64,000 bases of DNA from an uncultured virus (IMG/VR IMGVR_UViG_3300050821_024078). Its lineage: Duplodnaviria > Heunggongvirae > Uroviricota > Caudoviricetes. The stretch lies in the IMG/VR virus record IMGVR_UViG_3300050821_024078; one strand, written 5' to 3'. Below the pieces are notes generated by a model, which saw only the letters and a program-made list of their open reading frames with translations, had not been told where the DNA came from and made no database searches. The translations under genes were made by a program, and so were the position numbers. Positions 9,467-17,598 of this stretch are shown piece after piece (position 1 is the first letter of the stretch; every line of letters begins with the position of its first letter).

Positions 9467-10821
9467 TATATTTTATATACAAAAGTAGTCAAAATATTTA
9501 ATAAGTAAAACACTTATTTTTGATATATACAGTATCAAAAACGATATAATATTTAGTGCAAATAGTAACGATAAAGAAACAACAAAGTATATTTAATGAT
9601 ATTAGATTTATAGAGCAGTATAGTTCAGTTGTAAGGTTTACGTATAATAGAATTATAAAGGATAATATAATTAAAGCTTCGGAATTAGAACATATAGTGA
9701 AATCAACTATGAATAATATTGAACTTTTAGATGCTTCTTTCATTAAGTGTGCAGTCAAAAAGGCTTCTGAGTTAAATAGAGATGAGAAAATTTACTTCGG
9801 TTCAAAAAAAGAGTTCTTCAATAAAAAATATCATAGAAAAAATACTTACAACAAAAATACTCCTATATCAGTTAGAGGTGAAACATCAAAAGAGAGAAAA
9901 GGAAACAGAAAAGCTACACTTGATATCTTAAATAATATGGTGATATTCAAGCCTAAGAAAGGCATCCAGTATGAGATACCATTACAGTTATCAAAAGGTG
10001 AAAAAAATAATCTTTATAAACTACAATTATTATGTGAAGAAGGTAAAGGTTATTTCAATTTTATGATTTCAGAAGACTCTATCTGGATCAGTTACGATCC
10101 TTCTTTAATATCTGAAACAGTATATGAATCTAAGAAGGATAGATATTTAGGCCTGGATTTAAATCCTAATTATATAGGACTCAGTATTATGGATATCAAT
10201 CATAACAATAAAGTAGAAGTTTATAAAGAGATCATTGATTTAAGAAAGTTGAATGAATCAAATACTAATAAAAAGAACTATGAAACAGTAACTATATCAA
10301 AGCATATAATAAGTCTTTGTAAACATTATCATATTGAGTGTGTGGGTTTAGAAAACTTAAATATGAAATCTAAAAATCATAAGAAAGGTAAGAAACTTAA
10401 TCGTTTATTGAATAGTTGGAATAGAAATTCCTTCGTGAATAATTTGAAGAAAAGACTTACATTAAATTCAATAAAATTTAAAGAAGTGAGGCCCGAATAT
10501 AGCTCTTTTATAGGACAGTTAGAGAATCCATTAGATTATGACTCAGTAGCTGCTTCAAAGGAAATTGCTTACAGAAGTTTTCTTCTAAGCAAAGGTTTGA
10601 ATGAATATAATAGTATAAACAGAGAATGTATGAATCTTGTACCTACCCGTTGGAAGGAAATGGTACCTGAGGTTTTCACTACATTTAAAGACTTATACTA
10701 CACATTCAAAAAAAAGAAACTCTTATACAGTTACAGAGTTCTCTATGATTCATCCCATAGTTCTTCTAGCTTAAATTCTTATCGGTCTATGGTAGATCTG
10801 ATAAGATTATAAGTAACTGTT
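9445..10821 (+). mobile_element. Non-autonomous tnpB-only insertion element (IS200/IS605- or IS607-like)
   Basis: Contains only tnpB; hairpins at 9501-9517 and 9517-9541; boundaries inferred from restoring the flanking ORF. Confidence 0.55.
9556..10812 (+). CDS. tnpB: TnpB RNA-guided endonuclease (RuvC), lacking the CxxC zinc finger
   Basis: YSSVVRFTYNR N-terminus; RuvC-I LGLDLNP; RuvC-II GLENL; VRPEYSS; RuvC-III DSVAASKEIA. Confidence 0.88.
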   Translation: MQIVTIKKQQSIFNDIRFIEQYSSVVRFTYNRIIKDNIIKASELEHIVKSTMNNIELLDASFIKCAVKKASELNRDEKIYFGSKKEFFNKKYHRKNTYNKNTPISVRGETSKERKGNRKATLDILNNMVIFKPKKGIQYEIPLQLSKGEKNNLYKLQLLCEEGKGYFNFMISEDSIWISYDPSLISETVYESKKDRYLGLDLNPNYIGLSIMDINHNNKVEVYKEIIDLRKLNESNTNKKNYETVTISKHIISLCKHYHIECVGLENLNMKSKNHKKGKKLNRLLNSWNRNSFVNNLKKRLTLNSIKFKEVRPEYSSFIGQLENPLDYDSVAASKEIAYRSFLLSKGLNEYNSINRECMNLVPTRWKEMVPEVFTTFKDLYYTFKKKKLLYSYRVLYDSSHSSSSLNSYRSMVDLIRL

Positions 10822-10924
10822 AGGTGAAGATGATTTTAGTACTTTACCTTGTGAGAGTGCTGTATTTAATGGTGTATTTTATACTGATCAAAACGGTAAT
10901 TTACATGAAGGCCGGCCTTGTTAA
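10822..10924 (+). pseudogene. Orphan 3' fragment (GEDDFSTLPCESAVFNGVFYTDQNGNLHEGRPC*) of the gene at 9158
   Basis: Open frame with no start codon and coding-like composition, in frame with ORF 9158 once 9445-10821 is removed. Confidence 0.5.
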
Positions 10925-10939
10925 ACAAAAAAAAGCAGC

Positions 10940-11638
10940 TTAGTGCTGCATTTCGTTAGTTTTGCTCATATGTTTTTCCCAAAAAGCATCAAATGGTAGT
11001 CTGTTATAATCATTCATTCCGGATTCATTCATGAAATCACAGGACTCTTGTATGGTATCAAGATAGTATTTTTCTTCCTCTAATGTTAAATTATTTCTTT
11101 GTGCAAAATCATCAATAATATTATGTATAGGTGTATGAATACCATTATCATTCTGAAAACAGCATAAATAGTGTGATTTAATACCTTTTAATATAATAGG
11201 TTTCATAATATTTTGTTTGGTTAATTCTATTAACGGATTTTCCATAGTAATTGTTTCATTTAATAATATAATTTTTGGGCTTCCTTCATCTTTAGTATAC
11301 ATTTTCTTATCTAAAATTGTTGCTATATCTATTTTTAAAGGGTTTTTAGCTTTTACATAAAGTATAATTTTGAATTCTGATTTAAGAAAATATGCATACA
11401 CAGAATCTTCCAAAGATAAGGATTTATCTTTTTTTAACTTATCTAAAAGTTTAATAAATAACATATTAAACGATTTTAGACTCAACTTTGTTCTGTCTTT
11501 TACTCTTATTAACATATTATGATCACTATTATGTGTCCATAATATATCAATATCATTATATTTTATTATAAAACCATTTGAGTCATAAATGATAGTTTCA
11601 AATGATTCAAAGGTCTTTAGAAAATTAAGCTTTTTCAT
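10940..11638 (-). CDS. Hypothetical protein with capsid-targeting-like N-terminus
   Basis: Starts MKKLNFLKTFESFE; ATATATA motif just upstream. Confidence 0.75.
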   Translation of the reverse strand: MKKLNFLKTFESFETIIYDSNGFIIKYNDIDILWTHNSDHNMLIRVKDRTKLSLKSFNMLFIKLLDKLKKDKSLSLEDSVYAYFLKSEFKIILYVKAKNPLKIDIATILDKKMYTKDEGSPKIILLNETITMENPLIELTKQNIMKPIILKGIKSHYLCCFQNDNGIHTPIHNIIDDFAQRNNLTLEEEKYYLDTIQESCDFMNESGMNDYNRLPFDAFWEKHMSKTNEMQH

Positions 11639-11648
11639 CTTTTATATA

Positions 11649-11678
11649 TTGTTTTTTAGATATGTTTTGCTAGATTTG
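11649..11678 (+). promoter_or_regulatory. Bacteroidota-type promoter
   Basis: TTG-N19-TAGATTTG upstream of the HD gene. Confidence 0.55.
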
Positions 11679-11683
11679 TTCTT

Positions 11684-12280
11684 ATGATACTTTTCAAAGA
11701 TATACAAGTTACAAATTTTGACGACCTTTATAATGTCGCTCCACAGGCTGTTCAACAAAAATTGAATGATAATAAGGAATTGCGTGAAAATCCAATTCAT
11801 CATCCCGAATTAAGTGCCTTTGAACATATAAAAATCGTAACAGACCGGTTATTTGATACTAATGATGTGAATCTAATACTTGCTGGGTTATTTCATGATA
11901 TTTGTAAAAAAGAAAGTGCTGTGGCCAGAGAAGATAGTGAATATTTCCTTTGTAAGGACCATGAAAAGAAAGCTGTTGATTTTACATTAAGACACACCAA
12001 TTTTATTCATAGTTTCCCTGGTGCCGATTTAGGTAAGATCCTTTGGATAGTTAATGAACATATGCGAATCAAAGTTATCCAGGATATGCGAGGTCAGAAA
12101 AAGAAAGAGCTCATCAATAATATATGGATTAAAGATCTTGTAATATTCTCTAAAGCTGATAGGATGACAATAGAATGGAATTATCCTTTATTATTGACAA
12201 AGTTAGAGGCTTACAAAAATGATCCACATAATTTAGTGGTTAGTCCAAGTATAATAAAGAACATGAAAAAGGCTGATTAA
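11684..12280 (+). CDS. HD-domain phosphohydrolase
   Basis: HHPE..AFEH, AGLFHDICK, DHE, EHM, ADR. Confidence 0.85.
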   Translation: MILFKDIQVTNFDDLYNVAPQAVQQKLNDNKELRENPIHHPELSAFEHIKIVTDRLFDTNDVNLILAGLFHDICKKESAVAREDSEYFLCKDHEKKAVDFTLRHTNFIHSFPGADLGKILWIVNEHMRIKVIQDMRGQKKKELINNIWIKDLVIFSKADRMTIEWNYPLLLTKLEAYKNDPHNLVVSPSIIKNMKKAD

Positions 12281-12299
12281 TCTAATCAGCCTTTTTCAT
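12263..12299. terminator. Bidirectional terminator
   Basis: ATGAAAAAGGCTGATTA-atc-TAATCAGCCTTTTTCAT between convergent genes. Confidence 0.85.
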
Positions 12300-12304
12300 A
12301 ATTG

Positions 12305-12997
12305 TTAAAACAAATCCATAAATTCATCAATTATAGAATTCATATCCTTAGAAGATTCTGCTTCTCTTTCTTTATATTCTTTACTAACTTTTTTAGATTT
12401 TTTCTTCTTTTCTTTCTTGATAACATCTTGTTTCTGAGTTTCTATAAAATCATTAGAAGTCATCCATTTTCTGTGTTCTAAAGAAAGAACTTCTTCATCC
12501 ATCTGTATAATGAAATAACTATGAGTAGATAGTACTATTTGAGCACCATTACTAACGGCCTTTTTAATAGCTTCTACGACCTTTAATTGACTTCTGATAG
12601 ATAATCCAGCTTCAGGTTCATCAATGAATATTATTGTGTCCTTAGCTTCTTTTAAACCCAATATAAAAGGTAATAAAGCTTCGCCATGGCTTTGGAATTT
12701 ACTTTGTAGTATTGTCAAAGGATCTTTCGAATGCTCAATTGATTGTACAACTCTTGGATTATCTTTTTCAGTATCAAAGAAGAAAAAACTTACTGGACCT
12801 GTTGTCTTTATATCAACTTTAGGGTTGATTTGTTTTGTGAGTATTTGTAACAAAGTACTTTTTCCAGCAGATTGATCTCCAACTAATAAATTTAATCCAG
12901 GTTTAAAAGTAAATGTTTCACCTTTATCAAAACAAATATAATCTTCGAGAAATTCTACACTTGTTAAGTATAATCCTTTATTTAGTTCTTTTTCCAT
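12305..12997 (-). CDS. Stand-alone ABC-type (AAA_21-like) ATPase
   Basis: Walker A GDQSAGKST, signature SHGE, Walker B IIFIDEPEAGLS, STHS. Confidence 0.9.
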   Translation of the reverse strand: MEKELNKGLYLTSVEFLEDYICFDKGETFTFKPGLNLLVGDQSAGKSTLLQILTKQINPKVDIKTTGPVSFFFFDTEKDNPRVVQSIEHSKDPLTILQSKFQSHGEALLPFILGLKEAKDTIIFIDEPEAGLSIRSQLKVVEAIKKAVSNGAQIVLSTHSYFIIQMDEEVLSLEHRKWMTSNDFIETQKQDVIKKEKKKKSKKVSKEYKEREAESSKDMNSIIDEFMDLF

Positions 12998-13476
12998 TAT
13001 TTATTTTGTATTGATAATAACATCTTAATATATTCTATAGCGAATAGTATAGCTATATCCAAAGCTTTATGCTTAGATTTTATGCCATCCCTATAATATG
13101 TTTCCCATAAGCAAGATGAGGATGGAAGACCAGAATAATCCATAGGATAAATAGAACTTGTCCATAGTTGAGCATCTCTTGAAAATTCAGAACGGATTTC
13201 TAGTTTCCATTTTTCTTCAAACCAGGTAATAATTTCTTGTCTTGTCGGTGCTGATATAGTTAATTTATTACAGTTAGAATTTCTTCTAGCAATAAAATTA
13301 CCTAAAGTATCGTGAAAACACTTTGATTCACTACTTGAAAACATAACATCTTTTAATTCTTTACAATTTTTACGAAAATATGTTATACATGGTTCATTAA
13401 ACCCTATCTCCATGATAGCAAAAGCAATATCATATGAGACATAAACTTTTTCTATGTCTTCTGATTTATTTTCCAT
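12997..13476 (-). CDS. Hypothetical phage protein
   Basis: YVSYDIA..IMEIGFNEPC...SAPT motif; operon-packed. Confidence 0.7.
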   Translation of the reverse strand: MENKSEDIEKVYVSYDIAFAIMEIGFNEPCITYFRKNCKELKDVMFSSSESKCFHDTLGNFIARRNSNCNKLTISAPTRQEIITWFEEKWKLEIRSEFSRDAQLWTSSIYPMDYSGLPSSSCLWETYYRDGIKSKHKALDIAILFAIEYIKMLLSIQNK

Positions 13477-14018
13477 TCCTGATACAATTTATTAAATTCT
13501 TCAATTCTACTAAGATGATTAAATGCTATATCATCACTAATTATTTTTGGTATTGCGTCAATAGGAAACCAACCTAATGCTGATACTTCTCCATCAACAG
13601 CATTCTTGGAAGAAATTTCTGGATAGGTATCTGTTTCATTCAAATCTAAAACTATACCATAATGTAGAGAAATATTTTGAACATCACCTATTGGAACTGT
13701 TTTAACCTTCCAGGGATTGTCCATATGATCAAATTTAATATGATTTGAAAAATCGTCCAGATAAACACCGGTTTCTTCCCAAACTTCTCTTTTCGCTGCT
13801 TCAGTACCATTTTCATCCCAATCTAAGTAACCACAAGGAAGATTCCATTTTCCTATACAGTTTGGACTAGCTGGCCCCCTCTGTCCTAATAGAACCCAGA
13901 TCTTATTTTCGAATAATATCAGAACTGTTGTAACAACAGCAACAGATCTTGATATCCATATTTCCCGGCCATCAACATTGAGACATTCGTTTTCTCTATT
14001 TGTAAATCTTTTAATCAT
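13452..14018 (-). CDS. Nudix hydrolase
   Basis: WNLPCGYLDWDENGTEAAKREVWEETG Nudix box, IAFNH; likely start MIKRF at 14018. Confidence 0.9.
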   Translation of the reverse strand: MIKRFTNRENECLNVDGREIWISRSVAVVTTVLILFENKIWVLLGQRGPASPNCIGKWNLPCGYLDWDENGTEAAKREVWEETGVYLDDFSNHIKFDHMDNPWKVKTVPIGDVQNISLHYGIVLDLNETDTYPEISSKNAVDGEVSALGWFPIDAIPKIISDDIAFNHLSRIEEFNKLYQEWKINQKT

Positions 14019-14517
14019 TAAAAAATGTAATATATTTTGAGAAATAATTTGAGTTTGGATAACATCTTTCAACTAAATGTTCTATATCAGAACCACATGT
14101 ACCAAGAATGACTCCATCGAATCTAATAGACTCATCGTTTAATTTTTCTAACTCTTCTTCAGAAAAATTATCCTTTTTACTGTATAACACTTCTAAGTAG
14201 TTAAGATATCCTTTAACTATAAAATAACAAAGCACTGGTTCTAACCAGTATTCAGGTTTCATGTGATCATTTGAACCTTCGGATTCAGGATTTCGATATA
14301 AATATTCCCAAAATATTTGTTTAGATAAAGGATCTTTATCTATAATAGGAATTATATCAAATGTTAATAGATCTGTATATTTGTTTACTTCATCTTTTAA
14401 TCCACAATAATATGATCCAAGTGCTTCACTTAGTTCATCTACTCTGGAAATATCTATTTGAAATTTCTCAGCGTAATCTTTTAATTTATTTACAATCACA
14501 AAGTTCATAAGCAGCAA
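14011..14517 (-). CDS. Hypothetical protein
   Basis: Operon-packed ORF; start uncertain. Confidence 0.6.
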   Translation of the reverse strand: MLLMNFVIVNKLKDYAEKFQIDISRVDELSEALGSYYCGLKDEVNKYTDLLTFDIIPIIDKDPLSKQIFWEYLYRNPESEGSNDHMKPEYWLEPVLCYFIVKGYLNYLEVLYSKKDNFSEEELEKLNDESIRFDGVILGTCGSDIEHLVERCYPNSNYFSKYITFFND

Positions 14518-14728
14518 ATATATCTTCTACGTTTTTACCATTAATATCAAAATAAGAAACCCGGTAGGTTGCTCCAGATTTCTTTACAAATATTACAACA
14601 CCTCTTTTAGAAGGTTCCGCTGTAAAACAAACTTCTTCACCTTCACTATAGAAGTCATGTTTCTTTTTAGTTTCAGTACAAGCCGAGATTATAATTCCAA
14701 GCAACAATGATATAATTAGTTTTTTCAT
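14486..14728 (-). CDS. Small lipoprotein
   Basis: MKKLIISLLLGIIISAC lipobox from ATG at 14728. Confidence 0.7.
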   Translation of the reverse strand: MKKLIISLLLGIIISACTETKKKHDFYSEGEEVCFTAEPSKRGVVIFVKKSGATYRVSYFDINGKNVEDIFAAYELCDCK

Positions 14729-14732
14729 ATTT

Positions 14733-15026
14733 TTAGCATTCAGGAAAAAATTCATATTTATTACATATTTTAGATAATCCAGGCCTACTTCTAAAAGTAT
14801 TTATGATACCATCAAATTTGTTTCTTTGTTTTTCGTAGGGTTGACCTTTTAATATTTTCCAACCATCTCTTTTAGCTTCAACAATAAGTCTTTTTTCAGC
14901 GAATGTGAGTTTTCCTTTTGGAAAATCCGATAGCATTTCTTTAATGTAAAAGGATGAATCACAAGGATAATCTTTTCTTGCTGTTTTTACATTTATGTCT
15001 TGAAGAACTTCTATACAACTGCACAT
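14733..15026 (-). CDS. Hypothetical protein (possible zinc ribbon)
   Basis: TARKDYPCD...ILKGQPY motif. Confidence 0.6.
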   Translation of the reverse strand: MCSCIEVLQDINVKTARKDYPCDSSFYIKEMLSDFPKGKLTFAEKRLIVEAKRDGWKILKGQPYEKQRNKFDGIINTFRSRPGLSKICNKYEFFPEC

Positions 15027-15029
15027 AAT

Positions 15030-15257
15030 TTATACTTTACCATGAATTCTATCAATAGCCCAAAAATGATTTAGTTCTTTTGTCTTTTTTTGTATTTCGG
15101 TCAGAACTTTAGTTGATAGTTCACCTCTAAAACCGAATCTTTTACTAAAAAACCATACAACATTATTTAGTTGATACAAATTTTTACATGATCTAATCCA
15201 GTCTACAATAGTATCCCTGTCAGATTCTTTCATACCTTCATAAGGTTTTATTTCCAT
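15030..15257 (-). CDS. Hypothetical protein
   Basis: Operon-packed ORF. Confidence 0.6.
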   Translation of the reverse strand: MEIKPYEGMKESDRDTIVDWIRSCKNLYQLNNVVWFFSKRFGFRGELSTKVLTEIQKKTKELNHFWAIDRIHGKV

Positions 15258-15262
15258 AGTTT

Positions 15263-15502
15263 TTATTCAGCTAGTTCGATTTCTGAAAGACTATGATATG
15301 TTTTATGATAACCATTAGTGAATTTTACTTCTATGGTTGTCCAATTCTCACTTGGAGGCCAGAAGTCATTAGATATAGTTGCTGGCTCTAAATCTCTCGA
15401 ATGTCTTTCTTCTTCAACGGATTTAATTTCCAATTGAACAACTACACGAGCATCTGTCATAACATTGACAATTTTTCCTTTCAATAAATCTGTTAGTTTC
15501 AT
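15263..15502 (-). CDS. Hypothetical protein
   Basis: Operon-packed ORF. Confidence 0.65.
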   Translation of the reverse strand: MKLTDLLKGKIVNVMTDARVVVQLEIKSVEEERHSRDLEPATISNDFWPPSENWTTIEVKFTNGYHKTYHSLSEIELAE

Positions 15503-15504
15503 AA

Positions 15505-17520
15505 TTAGCTTTTAATGTACATTTTTCTATCACCAAAACATTCATAATACCAGGCTTGCCATATCATTACCATAGCTAAAGTATCCAATTCACAATAACG
15601 TAATAGACCATCTCGTAAAGCATCACGTTCGGTCTGTCCCATTTCTGTAAACTGCATCATACTATAGGAAACCATTGCTGCCCCTCCGTCGCTTAATTCA
15701 TCATTACCTGTAATAGTTTCTTCAAGAATATCCATATCAATTCTTTCACCAAATATTTTAGGTAATTTCTTGTATGGACTTTCTATTTTACCGTTAGCAT
15801 CTTTAGTAAGCCATGTTTGGTTTTTATAGTTCAGACTTTTTATTGTCTTTCCATATATTGGTTTTGAATATTCTTTTTTGAGAAATTTACTTGATTCTAA
15901 TATGGAAGGTAGAACATATTTGATAGAATTAGATCCGTGGGTACTTGGATGATAGTAGAATCTTTTTACCATTTCGCATAAGTCTACCATATTCCGATCA
16001 CCAAGCCAAAGTTCTGTTTTATTACTAGATGATGATTTTGTAATTGTTTTTATAAACGCACACAATTCATTCTTATCTTTCTCTTCAGAGTCTTGAATTT
16101 GTATGTAGATAGCATTTAATATGCTATTTTCATGATGAGAGTATCTAAAAATTGTACCTTCGTCATTTTCCAATTCAGCTTTCAAGGCTCTTACGAAATC
16201 AAAATTAGGAAATTTTCCTGGTTCTGTATTGATCCATTGTCCGGCGTGTTCAACAATTCTTCCTTCTTTTGTTTCTCTTACAATATGATGTGAAAATTGA
16301 AAGGCTATTTGTTCATATGGCTTCATTCCTTTATTGAAGGGTATAGCTACAGCAGTTGTTTCAAAATCAATAAAATGAAGAGGGTATTTCCATTGTTTCA
16401 TTTCATCCTTTAGACTTTCGGTATCAAAATATGGTTTACTATCACCGGTTCTTGATTTTTCTATTTGTAGAAATTGTCTTTCGGGCCTGGATAGTCCAGA
16501 CTCATCTTTAGGTTCTACTTTTTTATTTTTTGGTATTAAATCATCCCAGTTAAGATCTTCTTGGAAGAATTTACCTTCTCTGATATATTCATCTTTTTTT
16601 CTAAAATCCCATACTTCAAGTATAGATGGTTTTTTAAAATCTGCTTCGTTAAAATTAGCGTGTTCTTTCCAGCATTCTTTAAACCCGTTTTTTAAACCCA
16701 CAAGTTCTTGTTCTGGTTTAGTTTTGAATTCACATCCGTGACATTTAGCACCGATTATACCAGGCATTTTTATGTCAGCTTTATAGTTCTCAGCAACATA
16801 ACTGATAAAATCTTCGAATTTTTGACCGAATATTAATTCCCGGCCCTTGTAAATATCATCAAGTAAATCATCTACTGGAACTTTAGTTAGTATCTGTTCT
16901 CCAAGATCAACATCTATAGGTGGGTTTACTTTAAATTTTCCGTTTTCAGCCTTTATAAGGAACTTTTGATTTAAACCATCAATAGTGGCCATGCTGAATT
17001 TATCAGCAAGCATAAGATATGCTTTTATAGTTAAATGTGGGTATGCATTACCAATTACGTGTTTCTGGTAGGCTACATCATAAATATAAGGTTTCCATGG
17101 TGTAGATATACCGCTTCGGCTTCTTAATTCGGTGTGTTCACCAATTGTTTTTGCTTTAACTTCTAAAAGTTGTACGTTTCTACCACGTTTTACCAGAATA
17201 TCAACTCTCACATAGTGTCCATCAAATAAAAAGGCTCCTTCTGTAATAGTAATGTCTTTCTGTTCCATAAGTTCAAGAGTAATATCTATAGCCTTAATGG
17301 GATCGGTTTCATCAACATTTATTGATTCTGGGTAATAACATTTAGCTAAGGCTCCTACTTGATAACCACCCCTGGCCAGAGCTTGAAGGAAGTCATCTTC
17401 CAGTTTCTTATCATTGTAATCTTTTCTACGATCCGCATAATAAAGCTTTGTAGGGCATTCTGTTGAGAGTTTAAAAAGTGATTTTGTTAAATAACGGGGA
17501 TTCTCGTATTTTGACTTCAT
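15505..17520 (-). CDS. DUF2779-domain protein (N-terminal Cas4/PD-(D/E)XK-like, C-terminal RNase H-like)
   Basis: LTKSLF...CPTKLYY, RVDIL..LLEVKAK, DVAYQ, CHGCEF, FIDFET, PYEQIAFQFS.H, SNSIKYVLP, YCELDTLAM; start MKSKY at 17520 follows a TATATTTG promoter. Confidence 0.85.
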   Translation of the reverse strand: MKSKYENPRYLTKSLFKLSTECPTKLYYADRRKDYNDKKLEDDFLQALARGGYQVGALAKCYYPESINVDETDPIKAIDITLELMEQKDITITEGAFLFDGHYVRVDILVKRGRNVQLLEVKAKTIGEHTELRSRSGISTPWKPYIYDVAYQKHVIGNAYPHLTIKAYLMLADKFSMATIDGLNQKFLIKAENGKFKVNPPIDVDLGEQILTKVPVDDLLDDIYKGRELIFGQKFEDFISYVAENYKADIKMPGIIGAKCHGCEFKTKPEQELVGLKNGFKECWKEHANFNEADFKKPSILEVWDFRKKDEYIREGKFFQEDLNWDDLIPKNKKVEPKDESGLSRPERQFLQIEKSRTGDSKPYFDTESLKDEMKQWKYPLHFIDFETTAVAIPFNKGMKPYEQIAFQFSHHIVRETKEGRIVEHAGQWINTEPGKFPNFDFVRALKAELENDEGTIFRYSHHENSILNAIYIQIQDSEEKDKNELCAFIKTITKSSSSNKTELWLGDRNMVDLCEMVKRFYYHPSTHGSNSIKYVLPSILESSKFLKKEYSKPIYGKTIKSLNYKNQTWLTKDANGKIESPYKKLPKIFGERIDMDILEETITGNDELSDGGAAMVSYSMMQFTEMGQTERDALRDGLLRYCELDTLAMVMIWQAWYYECFGDRKMYIKS

Positions 17521-17543
17521 ATTTGATTGTTTTAATGCTAATG

Positions 17544-17551
17544 CAAATATA
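17544..17551 (-). promoter_or_regulatory. Bacteroidota -7 promoter element
   Basis: TATATTTG(CA) on the minus strand upstream of the 17520-12305 operon. Confidence 0.6.
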
Positions 17552-17598
17552 GTAGAATTCTCAATTAAATATATAAGAAAAGAGTAAAAAGTTTTAGT

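Noticed and set aside
9556..10812. Cas12f/Cas14 CRISPR effector
   Set aside because: No array or cas genes nearby; context fits an inserted TnpB element
9445..10821. Group I intron / IStron that splices out
   Set aside because: No register gives both an exon-terminal U and an intron-terminal G, and only about 110 nt precede tnpB, too little for a ribozyme core
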